From the NCBI GenBank assembly GCA_963663165.1, contig OY760175.1, positions 5,280,001 through 5,344,000 of the forward strand: DNA of 64,000 nt. Direction: 5' to 3'. Position 1 is the first letter of the stretch; every line of letters starts with the position of its first letter. Below the pieces are notes generated by a model. That model had not been told where the DNA came from, did no database searches, and saw only the letters and a program-made list of their open reading frames with translations. Source of the stretch: an uncultured Desulfospira sp. (GTDB taxonomy: Bacteria; Desulfobacterota; Desulfobacteria; Desulfobacterales; Desulfobacteraceae). Below, one piece after another: positions 49,113-59,066 of this stretch. The translations under genes and the position numbers were made by a program.

Positions 49113-50290
49113 TCGTTTCAGATAACATGATAACATCAGGAAAAAATATGAATCAATTTCAAAGTTATAAAAGCAACCCGATGTACGGATACCTGGTACT
49201 GCTGGTTTCGGCATCTGCATTCGGGTTCCAGGGATGGCAGACCCTGTTCAACAATTTTGCCGTGGACACCATCGGGCTTAATTCCGTTCATGTCGGGGTG
49301 ATCCAGTCGGTAAAGGAAGTACCGGGTTTTCTGACTTTTTTTGCCGTTTTTATTTTGCTGGCCATTGCCGAACACCGTTTTGCGGCATTGGCCGTTGTCA
49401 TCCTGGGCATTGGCAGTGTCCTGGCCGGGATGTTCCCGTCCTTTGGCGGACTGCTGCTCACCACCCTGACCTTGTCCCTCGGGTTCCATTATTTTGAAAC
49501 CTGCAACCAGTCCCTTGCCCTGCAATACTTTGCCGGAGACCGGGTTCCCCTGGTCCTGGCACGGCTGAAAAGTTACACAGCCCTGGCAAACGTGACCGTG
49601 GGGGTCTTGATCTGGTTTGCGGCAGGTGTCCTGCCCATCCATCAGCTTTTTTTTATCATCGGGGGCGTTGTCATCCTTGCAGGGCTTTATTCTTTCACCA
49701 GAAAACCGGTGGACAAGACCCTGCCGCCCCAGCATAAAAAACTGGTATTAAAGAAAAAATACTGGCTGTTTTATACCCTGAACCTGCTCAGCGGCGCCCG
49801 CCGGCAGATTTTTATGGTCTTTTCCGTATTCCTGCTGGTCCAGAAATACCACTTTTCAGTAGGCTATATCACCGCACTGTTTGTGGCGAACAACATCATG
49901 ACTTATTTTTTAAGCCCCCTGGTCGGAAAGGCCATTAACCGTTACGGCGAGCGCACCATGCTGACTGTGGAGTATACAGGGCTGTTTGTTGTGTTCATGG
50001 GCTATGCCCTGGTGGAAAATCCCTATTTTGCCACAGGGATGTATCTGGTTGACAATCTGTTTTTCAGTTTTGTGATTGCCATTAACTCTTTTTTTAGAAA
50101 ATATGCCGATCCAAAGGATATTGCCCCGTCCATGTCCGTGGGGTTCACCATTAACCATCTGACCGCGGTGATTCTCCCGGTTGCCGGCGGCCTTTTGTGG
50201 ACCATTAACTGGCGCATTCCGTTTTTCAGTTCAGCCCTGCTGGCACTGATTTCCCTGTTTTTTGCTCAGATGGTTAAAACAGACCGGTAA
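49109..50290 (+). CDS. MFS transporter (true start may be ATG 49148)
   Basis: About 12 hydrophobic segments; GKAINRYGER loop motif. Confidence 0.88.
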   Translation: MIVSDNMITSGKNMNQFQSYKSNPMYGYLVLLVSASAFGFQGWQTLFNNFAVDTIGLNSVHVGVIQSVKEVPGFLTFFAVFILLAIAEHRFAALAVVILGIGSVLAGMFPSFGGLLLTTLTLSLGFHYFETCNQSLALQYFAGDRVPLVLARLKSYTALANVTVGVLIWFAAGVLPIHQLFFIIGGVVILAGLYSFTRKPVDKTLPPQHKKLVLKKKYWLFYTLNLLSGARRQIFMVFSVFLLVQKYHFSVGYITALFVANNIMTYFLSPLVGKAINRYGERTMLTVEYTGLFVVFMGYALVENPYFATGMYLVDNLFFSFVIAINSFFRKYADPKDIAPSMSVGFTINHLTAVILPVAGGLLWTINWRIPFFSSALLALISLFFAQMVKTDR

Positions 50291-50304
50291 ATGGGATGTC
50301 CCTT

Positions 50305-50907
50305 TTATGGTTCCCCTTTTTCTATCTCCAATGATTTAAAGAGTACTTTAACGGCTTTGTGGGCATGCGCTTTGATTTGATCTTGGGACGGAGGATCCAG
50401 GCCGGCCAGTACAGGCATTCGCAGGGAATGAAGAATGGCAAGGAAAAAACCGATCTCGTCATCAACACCCGTGATGTTGAAGCGTTCCTTGAAAAACTGT
50501 GACAGCCGGTCTCTTGTGCGCCTGGGGCCTATGGCATAAAATGCCCGGGTTATTTCCGGCACCCTGGGGCCTTCGGATACCAGCAGGCGGATATTGGCCA
50601 GATGTTTCCGGGACAGGTGTTTTTCGGTAAACCTGACCGCAAAGGTCTCTAAGGCCTGAACCGGGTCCCGAAGATCAAGGGCTGCCAGAAAATCACTGCT
50701 CGGCTCCAGCCGCTGGGCTTTCAGGGCCGCAGTGAAAAGCGCCTCCTTGGAATCAAAATACCGGTATACCGTTTGCTTGGTGACATTGGCCCGTTTGGCA
50801 ATGTTATCCATGCTGGTGTTGATGAAACCGTTGGTTTGAAACAGGTCGAGAGCCTCTTTAAGGATACGCTCCAGTGTTTGTCTTTTTTTTTGTTCTATTC
50901 TGGCCAT
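50305..50907 (-). CDS. TetR/AcrR family regulator
   Basis: GFINTSMDNIAKRANVTKQTVYRYFDSKEALF HTH; start moved to MARIEQ. Confidence 0.92.
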   Translation of the reverse strand: MARIEQKKRQTLERILKEALDLFQTNGFINTSMDNIAKRANVTKQTVYRYFDSKEALFTAALKAQRLEPSSDFLAALDLRDPVQALETFAVRFTEKHLSRKHLANIRLLVSEGPRVPEITRAFYAIGPRRTRDRLSQFFKERFNITGVDDEIGFFLAILHSLRMPVLAGLDPPSQDQIKAHAHKAVKVLFKSLEIEKGEP

Positions 50908-50982
50908 GTGCCGTCCGGATCCCCACGTGCAGTTAAAAAATAGCAGGTGATGGCAACCATATAACCATGCCATCAGTTACGG

Positions 50983-52053
50983 TTAATCTTCGGGAGCGCC
51001 CAGTTTGGAAGCCATGTCGTTTATATCCAGCAGGTCGTTTTCCACTGTGGAAATGGTGGCCTCTTCAAGGTCCAGATTCTTGGCCGCTTCCAGGGCAACA
51101 ATAATTTCTCCGCCCACCCCCTGCATGGCAAGATTCCGCAATCGTTCACCTTCGGCTTCGGACTGTTTTACCAGCAGATGTCCTTCCGCGTCTTTTTTGG
51201 CTTCATAGACATCGGCATCCGCTTTTTTTTCAGTGGCATATTTTTCCGAATCGGCTCTAATGGCCGCAATGGTCAAGTCGGTTTCCGCTTTCATCCGGAC
51301 CAGTTCGGCATCTTTTTCTTCCTGGATGATCTTGATAAGCCGTTTGGTTTCCGCACCGATTACATCTGTTTTGCCCTGCATCTCCCTTGCCCGCTGCAGG
51401 GATTTATTCACCTCAACTTCCTGGTCGGCCAGTTTCTTGGTTTGAATTTTGCGTTCATATTCCGGGTCGAACTGAACATCACGAATCAGCAAGTCAAGTA
51501 CTTCGACATAGTTATCTTTTAACGATTCCTGTAGGGCTTGCAACGCTGTCTGAGCCACAGCCCTGCGCACATGGGGGTTATAAAAGTCTTCTGTTTTCAT
51601 CCCCCCGAACTGGGCGATACAGGTCTTTTCCGCCTCGTTTCTCACAATTGTTTTGTAACGGTTTCCGCTTCCCGTATCCACATACAGCTTATGGGCCATA
51701 CCCGGCTTTATTCTGTACTTTAAGGTCACATCCACAGATACGGCGTAACCGTCGGCCGATTGCACCTGGACGTCATCCCGTCCTTTTCTGTCCCCTTTTT
51801 GGGGATCCCGCGTCATTTCCAGGGTCTGGGCGGTGCTGTCAAAAAACTGCCAGGTATCGACGGGCCAGACAGCCCTGTGCCACCCCGGGCCAAAGTCTTG
51901 TTGAACCACCCCTTTGCTTCCGATCAGGGCATACTCCTGGGTGCGCACCCCGACAATACCCACCGGAATGTGGGTGACCGTTAACGTCAGTATAAAATAA
52001 GAGCCAATGGCGGCAACAATAATCACAATGCTGACCAGTTTTATGTGCTTCAT
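50983..52053 (-). CDS. SPFH/band 7 domain membrane protein
   Basis: N-terminal TM, GPGWH, VQSADGYAVSVDVTLKYRI, C-terminal Ala/Glu/Lys coiled coil. Confidence 0.85.
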   Translation of the reverse strand: MKHIKLVSIVIIVAAIGSYFILTLTVTHIPVGIVGVRTQEYALIGSKGVVQQDFGPGWHRAVWPVDTWQFFDSTAQTLEMTRDPQKGDRKGRDDVQVQSADGYAVSVDVTLKYRIKPGMAHKLYVDTGSGNRYKTIVRNEAEKTCIAQFGGMKTEDFYNPHVRRAVAQTALQALQESLKDNYVEVLDLLIRDVQFDPEYERKIQTKKLADQEVEVNKSLQRAREMQGKTDVIGAETKRLIKIIQEEKDAELVRMKAETDLTIAAIRADSEKYATEKKADADVYEAKKDAEGHLLVKQSEAEGERLRNLAMQGVGGEIIVALEAAKNLDLEEATISTVENDLLDINDMASKLGAPED

Positions 52054-52190
52054 GTGATCTCCTCACATTTTGTTTTTTAATAGGTTTGTGTTAACCGGTT
52101 TTATATGAAAGTCTTACTAACATATTGAAAAGATTTTCATTTTTCGTTGCGAGCGGTTCTTGGTTGGATACCCAAGGCGGTCTGCGGCCG

Positions 52191-53306
52191 TTATTCGGAT
52201 TCCGGTTTTTGTTTTTGTGAAGCTGCCGCAGCATGTTCGAACCGTTCGGTCCGGCTCTCCACGGTGTATGGCTGGCCTGTGATCTTAAGGCCCTTGAGCT
52301 TTTTGGCGTATTCCATTTTAACCATGTTGCGCCCGCCTTTTCCTTCCAGGGCTTTTTTCAGGGATTCAATTCCCCTTGCCTCGCTTTTTTTCCGGGCAAG
52401 GGTAGCCTCGCCTTTTTTCTCCAGCCTGTAGAATTCTGCATCAGCACCGACGGTTGTCTTCTTATGATAGGCATCGGCCGCTCTTTTAACCCTTTCCGCC
52501 TCAGCCTTTGCCTGGATAACCAGTTTTTCCATTTCACCGCGAAACTGCTCCACCGCTACATTTTTTTTGGCTGTTTCGTCCACCTTGGCGGTTTCTTTGA
52601 TCTGTTCGGCGGCCAGTGCCTTGGACTGCTCTTCGAGCACGGCCTGGTCTGCCAGCTTCTTTTTCTTGATCAGTTCTTCATATTTTGCGTAAAACCGGGG
52701 TTTCTGGGGAACAACGATATCGTCCAACTGGATTCCAAAACGCTGCAGCCGCTCTTTGGCCTCCTGTTTGGCCTTCACGATCTGTGCGTTCCTTTTCGCG
52801 GAATCATAGAATTCTTCGGTTGTGAGTTCTCCCAAATGATCACGGCAGATGGACCGGACATAATCATGGGCCCATTTGTACTTATAGCGGTCCCCCGGAC
52901 CGGACGTGAACAGGACTTTTTCCGCCATGGTGGCATCAATGCGATACTGGACCTTGAGGGCAACATAAACATCACTGCCGTCAATGGTTTTTATTTTAAG
53001 CCGGTTATCGCCGGTCATGTCCAGGGTCTGCAATGTTTTTTCCAACACATAAAATTCATGGGAGATACCATTGTAAAGACGAACCCCGGACTGGGGGATG
53101 ACCTCCAGGCTCCCGCTCATTTTGTTCAATAGAATGCCCACCTGGGTGCCTTGTACGCGGCCCACACGAATACACAGCAGCAAAAGGACTACCAATACCA
53201 GAACAGCGGCGGCAACCCACAACAGATTGTTTCCGAAGAGGTGGCGCAGCGTCTTCAGGTCTGCCTTTTTTTTTCCGGGAGGAAAATCAACGTCAGTTAA
53301 TGTCAT
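52191..53306 (-). CDS. SPFH/band 7 domain membrane protein
   Basis: N-terminal TM, IKTIDGSDVYVALKVQYRI, LGELTTEEFY, AEAE coiled coil. Confidence 0.85.
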   Translation of the reverse strand: MTLTDVDFPPGKKKADLKTLRHLFGNNLLWVAAAVLVLVVLLLLCIRVGRVQGTQVGILLNKMSGSLEVIPQSGVRLYNGISHEFYVLEKTLQTLDMTGDNRLKIKTIDGSDVYVALKVQYRIDATMAEKVLFTSGPGDRYKYKWAHDYVRSICRDHLGELTTEEFYDSAKRNAQIVKAKQEAKERLQRFGIQLDDIVVPQKPRFYAKYEELIKKKKLADQAVLEEQSKALAAEQIKETAKVDETAKKNVAVEQFRGEMEKLVIQAKAEAERVKRAADAYHKKTTVGADAEFYRLEKKGEATLARKKSEARGIESLKKALEGKGGRNMVKMEYAKKLKGLKITGQPYTVESRTERFEHAAAASQKQKPESE

Positions 53307-53354
53307 TATTTATTCTCCATGGTTAAATGTTTGATATCAGTTTTTTTTAAAGGA

Positions 53355-54185
53355 TCAGTCATCGGGCGGCTTGTCTTTGTGCCGCCATATTTTCAGGGCG
53401 GTAATCGGGGCTGCCACCACAAAAAGGCCGAATAATAAGGGCAGGGGCACATGCATCAGGGCAAGGAGGAAAACCCCCAGCAGCATCCCGGCAATGCTGA
53501 AGATGATACGGATGAGCTTAAGCTCCATATCTTCGGCAACGGCTGCGGGATGTTGCAGGATATTCTCCATATTCTTTTGATACAGCGCTTTGGGGTAGGT
53601 GATGTCAGGAAACGTGTATAGAAGGGTTGCCGAATCACTGTCCAGGTCGATTTTGAGATAGTGCGCCAAAGCCATGGCCTTTAGTTTTTTTTGCATCCGT
53701 TTGAGCGTGTACCGGGAATATCCGGCCAGGTGGGATGCTGAATGCGGCTTTTTGCTTTTGGCGGATAAATAAAGAATCTCATGTTCGTAGACGGCTTTGG
53801 CCGGCCAGCCCGTGGATTCCGCCAGGCGGTTTGATTCCTTGTCAAGGGATTCTTCGCAGACCCGGCAAAGCATCTTTTCCCCGGGGGCCAGATTGGCGGT
53901 GCATGAAAGGCAGGTATGGGACGGATCACTACACGGTTCTTCATCTGATTCCCCGGCCCGGACAAATTCATATGCGGGGAATCCGTCCTGTTCGCCGGTA
54001 ACCACGGAATGTCCGTCTGTCATATTATCAAGGCAGGATCGAATTAAGTCCAGGGACAAGGGAAGATAAGGTGCCAGGTGGTTTACGGTAATAACGCCGT
54101 TATGGCCTTGTGACACTTGATAGGCCAGGTTTTCCACAATGTTCGCTGCCGTTTCATTGAGCATGCCGGTTGTTAGTTTATCCAT
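53355..54185 (-). CDS. Hypothetical membrane protein (wHTH-like, CxxC..CxxC, wHTH-like, two C-terminal TM helices)
   Basis: CLSC...CRVC; hydrophobic hairpin at the C-terminus; first gene of the SPFH run. Confidence 0.7.
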   Translation of the reverse strand: MDKLTTGMLNETAANIVENLAYQVSQGHNGVITVNHLAPYLPLSLDLIRSCLDNMTDGHSVVTGEQDGFPAYEFVRAGESDEEPCSDPSHTCLSCTANLAPGEKMLCRVCEESLDKESNRLAESTGWPAKAVYEHEILYLSAKSKKPHSASHLAGYSRYTLKRMQKKLKAMALAHYLKIDLDSDSATLLYTFPDITYPKALYQKNMENILQHPAAVAEDMELKLIRIIFSIAGMLLGVFLLALMHVPLPLLFGLFVVAAPITALKIWRHKDKPPDD

Positions 54186-54327
54186 AAAAAGCCTGTTTGA
54201 TTGATATTCGTATGGTGTAATGGAGCCTTTTGATTAATTCCCTTTCTTGTATCGATAATTTATGAAATGGTCAAATTCATTATCCAGCCTGGCCCCAAAT
54301 TTTTATGAGAAATCTGCCAGTTTGGTG

Positions 54328-54356
54328 TTGACAGGATGGTTAAGCTGCTTTACTGT
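54328..54356 (+). promoter_or_regulatory. Sigma70 promoter of marR with an operator half-site in the spacer
   Basis: TTGACA-17 nt-TACTGT; ATGGTTAAG at 54336-54344. Confidence 0.65.
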
Positions 54357-54363
54357 CATTGGT

Positions 54364-54825
54364 ATGAACCAGGAATTAAAAAAGAAAATTGTCAACAACT
54401 TCATGCAGGTGGCCAGAAAGTTTGCCGAAGTGGAAACAGTCCCCATCACGGTGGCCGGTGATCTCACCGTTTCAACCCGGGAAGCCCATGCCATTGAAAG
54501 TGTCGGGGAAGGCCATTGTGTCAATGTGACTCAGATTGCCGCCTATTTCGGGTTTACCAAAAGTGCGGCATCCCAGCTGGTTTCAAAATTGACCCGCCAG
54601 GGGTTTATCGTTAAAAAACAGGCCGTCCACAGCAATAAGGAACTGGAGCTGTCCCTGACCCCCCTGGGCTGGCAGGCCTTTGAAGCCCACGCCCGGATGC
54701 ACGGCCATGACCTTGAACGGGTCCTGGAAACCATGGACAGTGCTGAGATTGAAGTCCTGATGCAGTTAAACGACCTGTTGGGACGCCTTAACGGTATTAT
54801 GGACCAGCGGTTGAAAAGCCGATAA
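54364..54825 (+). CDS. MarR-family regulator
   Basis: EAHAIE..G, NVTQIA...FTKSAASQLVSKL...GFI, LSLTPLG. Confidence 0.9.
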   Translation: MNQELKKKIVNNFMQVARKFAEVETVPITVAGDLTVSTREAHAIESVGEGHCVNVTQIAAYFGFTKSAASQLVSKLTRQGFIVKKQAVHSNKELELSLTPLGWQAFEAHARMHGHDLERVLETMDSAEIEVLMQLNDLLGRLNGIMDQRLKSR

Positions 54826-54837
54826 ATTTTTTTGCCG

Positions 54838-54862
54838 TTATGGTTAAGTTTCTTAACCATAA
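54838..54862. promoter_or_regulatory. Perfect palindromic operator upstream of the RND operon
   Basis: TTATGGTTAAG-TTT-CTTAACCATAA. Confidence 0.75.
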
Positions 54863-54885
54863 TAATTCAGTAACAGGAGGTGATC

Positions 54886-56007
54886 ATGAAAAAAATAATT
54901 TTATCCTTAGGCGCCTTGGCATTAGCGGCTTTTGCCCTGTTTTTTTTGAATGCCGGAACCCGGCTGTTTCCCGAACGGGTTTCGGCTCAGGATCAGGTTG
55001 GAAAAAATGTGGTCCGGCCGATCCCCACAGCCCGGGCAATACCATACCGGCCCGAACAGGTGGTGTGTTTTCCGGGCAAGGTCAAAGCGGCCCGCCGGGC
55101 AGCGCTTTCCTTCCAGATTGCAGGACAAATCGAGCAGCTCAATATCCTCGAAGGCCAGCAGGTCAAAAAAGGAGACCTCCTGGCCGGACTTGACCGGAAA
55201 AATTACCTTTACGAGGTCAGGGCGGCCAGAGCCGGATACCAGGCGGCGGAACAGGATTTCAACCGGGCATCCCAACTTTATAGGGAAAAGGTGATCAGCC
55301 GTGCCCGGTTTGACACTGCCCAGTCCGCCCATGATATTGCCCGTGCCCGGCTGGATATAAAGGAAAAGGCCCTGGCCGACACCCGGCTGGTGGCGCCGTT
55401 TAACGGCCTGGTGGCCAAACGGTATGTAGAGAAAAAAGAACATGTGAATGTGGGAGAACCGGTTCTCCTTCTCCAGGATGTTTCCGGAATAGAGGTCGAA
55501 GTCCAGCTGCCCGAGCAACTGGTTGCCCGGGGCGGGACAGATATCCTGAGCCAGTTGAGTGTCCGCTTTGACGCCGACCCGGAAACCGCCTTTTCAGCCA
55601 CGGCCATGGAACTGAGCATGGAATCAAGCCGGGATACCCGTACTTACGCCCTGGTTATCAAACTGACGTCTCCTTCAGGCATGCAGCTTCTTCCCGGCAT
55701 GACCGCCACGGTCACCGGGACCGTCAGGCCGTCAGGCCCTGAAGCGACCCCAAGCCAGACAATGCTGGTTCCGGTCCAGGCCGTGGTGTTTGACCCCCAT
55801 GCCCGGCCCTATGTCTGGATTGTGGACCCCCAAACCCAGAAGGCCCGGAAAAGGCCGGTGGGGATCGGTTCCATGCACGGCGGCAGCATCGAAGTGACCA
55901 AAGGCCTCAAGGCTGATGAACTGGTGGCCACAGCCGGGCTGCACAGCCTGAATGAAGCGCAGCCGGTCCGGCCCATGAAGGCCGGAAAGGAAGGGTTGGA
56001 AGGATGA
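54886..56007 (+). CDS. RND efflux periplasmic adaptor (MFP)
   Basis: LSFQIAGQI..L.I.EGQQVKKGD, LVAPFNG, LLPGMTA; GGAGG RBS. Confidence 0.92.
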   Translation: MKKIILSLGALALAAFALFFLNAGTRLFPERVSAQDQVGKNVVRPIPTARAIPYRPEQVVCFPGKVKAARRAALSFQIAGQIEQLNILEGQQVKKGDLLAGLDRKNYLYEVRAARAGYQAAEQDFNRASQLYREKVISRARFDTAQSAHDIARARLDIKEKALADTRLVAPFNGLVAKRYVEKKEHVNVGEPVLLLQDVSGIEVEVQLPEQLVARGGTDILSQLSVRFDADPETAFSATAMELSMESSRDTRTYALVIKLTSPSGMQLLPGMTATVTGTVRPSGPEATPSQTMLVPVQAVVFDPHARPYVWIVDPQTQKARKRPVGIGSMHGGSIEVTKGLKADELVATAGLHSLNEAQPVRPMKAGKEGLEG

Positions 56008-59000
56008 AAAGTTCCGGGTTATATGCGGTGCGCTACAAGGTCGTCACCCTGGTTTTCAGTCTGCTGATTGCCCTTGGCGGCATATTCAGTTTTCTTCATA
56101 TCGGACGCCTGGAAGATCCGGAATTCACCATCAAGGAAGCCGTGATCTATACATCATACCCCGGGGCCTCTGCCCGGCAGGTGGAGCTTGAAGTGACCGA
56201 GCCCGTTGAAACGGCCATCCAGCAGCTCAAACAGCTTAAAGAAGTCCGTTCCATTTCCCGGCCGGGCATTTCCATCATTTTTGCCGAAACAAAGGAAATT
56301 TACGATAAGCATAATCTCCCCCAGGTGTGGGACGAGCTTCGCCGAAAGGTGGGGGCTGTCAAAGACCAACTGCCGCCGGGATGCCGGGACCCGGTAGTCA
56401 ATGATGACTTCGGGGATGTTTACGGGGTGCTGTTTGCCGTTACCGGGGACGGATACGACAAAACCCAGCTTAAGGCCTATGCCGAGGACCTGCGCCGGGA
56501 ACTGCTTACCTGTACCGATGTGGGCAGAATTGATTTCTGGGGCCTGCCCCAGGAAGCGGTTTTTATCGAAATGGACCGGGCAAGGCTTTCACAGCTCGGC
56601 TTGAACCCCAACACCATTTTTGACACCCTCCGGGCACAAAACAGCGTCACGGTGGCCGGGGCCGTGCCGGTAGGGCCTGAATACGTTCCCTTTCGCATTA
56701 GCGGCGACTATACCGCCATGGAAGATATGGGCAGCCAGCTGATCACCGGTTCCCAGGGGCGGATGATCCGGCTCAAGGAAATTGCCCGGATCCGGCACGA
56801 CACGGTGACGCCGGCTGCCGAACTTATGCGCTACAACGGCAAAGAGGCCATCGGCATCGGTATTTCCACCGTGTCCGGCGGCAATGTCATTGCCATGGGC
56901 AGATCCATTGGCCGGCGGTTGCAGGAACTTGATGCCAGCACCCCTTTCGGGATCACCATCCACCCCGTCACCAGCCAGTCCAGAATTGTTGAAGAGGCGG
57001 TTTCCGGATTTGTCTTCAACCTGATCAGTGCGGTAGCCATTGTCATTGCCCTGCTCATTGTTTTCATGGGCTGGCGTGAAGGACTGATCATCGGTTTTGT
57101 GCTCATCCTCACCATCCTGGCCACCTTGATGGTCATGAATGCCTGGGGCATCACCCTTCAGCGGATCTCCTTAGGGGCCCTGATCATTGCCCTGGGCATG
57201 CTGGTGGACAACGCCATCGTGGTGACCGAAGGCATTATCGCCAGGCTTGCCAGGGGAATGGAAAGGGAACAGGCCGCTGATGCATCGGTCCGGGAAACCA
57301 TGTGGCCGCTTTTGGGGGCCACCGTTATCGCCATTCTGGCCTTTGCCGCCATTTCCCTGTCCAAAGACATGACCGGTGAATGGCTGGCCAGCCTGTTCCA
57401 GGTGATCTGCCTTTCATTGGGGTTAAGCTGGGTCTTTGCCATCACCACGGTCCCCTGCCTCTGTGTCCTGGTTTTGCCGGTTTCAAAAAATATGGCTGGA
57501 AATAAGCATTCACCCCGGTTTTTCAGGGTTTACAAAGCCGTTGTCGGCAAGGCCATTGACCACCGGTGGCTGACCCTGGCCGGGGTCATGGGCCTTCTGG
57601 CCGTTGCCATGTGGGGTTTTGGCCATGTCAAGCAGGATTTTATGCCCGATACCAACCGCGCCCAGTTTACCGTTGATATCTGGATGCCCCAGGGCACCCA
57701 TATTGACAGCACGGCAAAGCAGCTGGCGCAGGTCGAACAATATGTTGCCGCCCTTGAAGGGGTTAAGGGGATCACCAGCTTTATCGGCCGGGGGCCGTTG
57801 CGCTTTCTGCTTACCTTTTCGCCTGAAATGCCGGACAGTGCCTATGCCCAGCTGCTGGTGGATGTGGACGATTTTCAAAGGGTTCCCCTGTTGAAACGTC
57901 AGATCCAGCAATGGTTGGACCAAAAGATCCCCCAGGTCATCGGCAGTGTGGATGCCTTTAAACTCGGCCCCGGCGGCGGTGCGGTGGTGGCCCGCCTGAG
58001 CGGGCCGGAAACCCAAACCTTAAGGCAGTTGGCCAGCCAGGTCACGGCACTGATGGCCGCACACCCCAACTGCCGCAGCATCCGGACGGACTGGGGCAAC
58101 CAGATCAAGGTCAGCCAGGTCAATTTGGCCCATGTCCGGGCCCAGGGTCTGGGAATCCTGCGGCCCGAAATTGCCGCCTCCATTGCCATGAATTTCACCG
58201 GCTCCGTTGTCGGCCAATACCGGTACGGGGACGACCTGCTGCCCATTATCCTGCAACCGCCTAAATCCCAGCGGGACACCATTGACGCACTGGATGGCGT
58301 GCAGGTTTTCAGCCGGATGAAAAATAAGTGGGTGCCGGTCCGTCAGGTCACCAACGCCACAACCCCTGCGGCTGAAGACGGTGTCATTCATCGCCTTAAC
58401 CGGAAACGGACCCTGCGGGTGTTTTGCAAGCAGCGGGAAGGGACCACGGACGCCCTGTTTCGCCAGTTGTCCCCATTAATTGAAAAAGAACTGCCCCTGC
58501 CGGCAGGCTATTCCCTGGAATGGGGCGGCGAACATGAGGAGCAGGTTGAAGCCAATACCAAGTTGATGTCCAATTTCCCCATCGCCTTTGCCGGGATGTT
58601 CCTGGTCACGGTGCTGCTCTTTAACAGCCTGCGGTATCCCTTGATTATTTTCATGGGCCTGCCCCTGGTGGTTGTGGGGGTTGCGCCCGGGATGCTCATT
58701 GCCGATAAAGCCTTCGGGTTCATGGCCATGCTGGGATTTTTGAGCCTGTTCGGCATGCTGATCAAAAATGAGATTGTTCTTTTGGAACAAATCAGGGTTG
58801 AACTTGCCGCCGGAAAAGAGCCCTTTTCCGCAGTGCTGGATTCTTCGGCCGGCCGCATCCGGCCCGTTACCATGGCCACCTTCACCACGGTTCTGGGCAT
58901 GATCCCGCTGCTCACGGACGCCTTTTTCAGCCCCATGGCCGCCACCATTATGGGGGGCCTAAGTTTTGCCACCCTGCTGACCCTGGTGGTGGTGCCGGTG

Positions 59001-59066
59001 TTTTTCAGCACCCTGTTTTCAATCCGCCGACCTGCTGTAGACAAGTTTCAAGGACAAATCTCATGA
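56004..59066 (+). CDS. RND efflux permease (AcrB/AcrD/AcrF family)
   Basis: GRLEDPEFTIK, GMLVDNAIVV, RIRPVTM; 1020 aa. Confidence 0.95.
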   Translation: MKSSGLYAVRYKVVTLVFSLLIALGGIFSFLHIGRLEDPEFTIKEAVIYTSYPGASARQVELEVTEPVETAIQQLKQLKEVRSISRPGISIIFAETKEIYDKHNLPQVWDELRRKVGAVKDQLPPGCRDPVVNDDFGDVYGVLFAVTGDGYDKTQLKAYAEDLRRELLTCTDVGRIDFWGLPQEAVFIEMDRARLSQLGLNPNTIFDTLRAQNSVTVAGAVPVGPEYVPFRISGDYTAMEDMGSQLITGSQGRMIRLKEIARIRHDTVTPAAELMRYNGKEAIGIGISTVSGGNVIAMGRSIGRRLQELDASTPFGITIHPVTSQSRIVEEAVSGFVFNLISAVAIVIALLIVFMGWREGLIIGFVLILTILATLMVMNAWGITLQRISLGALIIALGMLVDNAIVVTEGIIARLARGMEREQAADASVRETMWPLLGATVIAILAFAAISLSKDMTGEWLASLFQVICLSLGLSWVFAITTVPCLCVLVLPVSKNMAGNKHSPRFFRVYKAVVGKAIDHRWLTLAGVMGLLAVAMWGFGHVKQDFMPDTNRAQFTVDIWMPQGTHIDSTAKQLAQVEQYVAALEGVKGITSFIGRGPLRFLLTFSPEMPDSAYAQLLVDVDDFQRVPLLKRQIQQWLDQKIPQVIGSVDAFKLGPGGGAVVARLSGPETQTLRQLASQVTALMAAHPNCRSIRTDWGNQIKVSQVNLAHVRAQGLGILRPEIAASIAMNFTGSVVGQYRYGDDLLPIILQPPKSQRDTIDALDGVQVFSRMKNKWVPVRQVTNATTPAAEDGVIHRLNRKRTLRVFCKQREGTTDALFRQLSPLIEKELPLPAGYSLEWGGEHEEQVEANTKLMSNFPIAFAGMFLVTVLLFNSLRYPLIIFMGLPLVVVGVAPGMLIADKAFGFMAMLGFLSLFGMLIKNEIVLLEQIRVELAAGKEPFSAVLDSSAGRIRPVTMATFTTVLGMIPLLTDAFFSPMAATIMGGLSFATLLTLVVVPVFFSTLFSIRRPAVDKFQGQIS

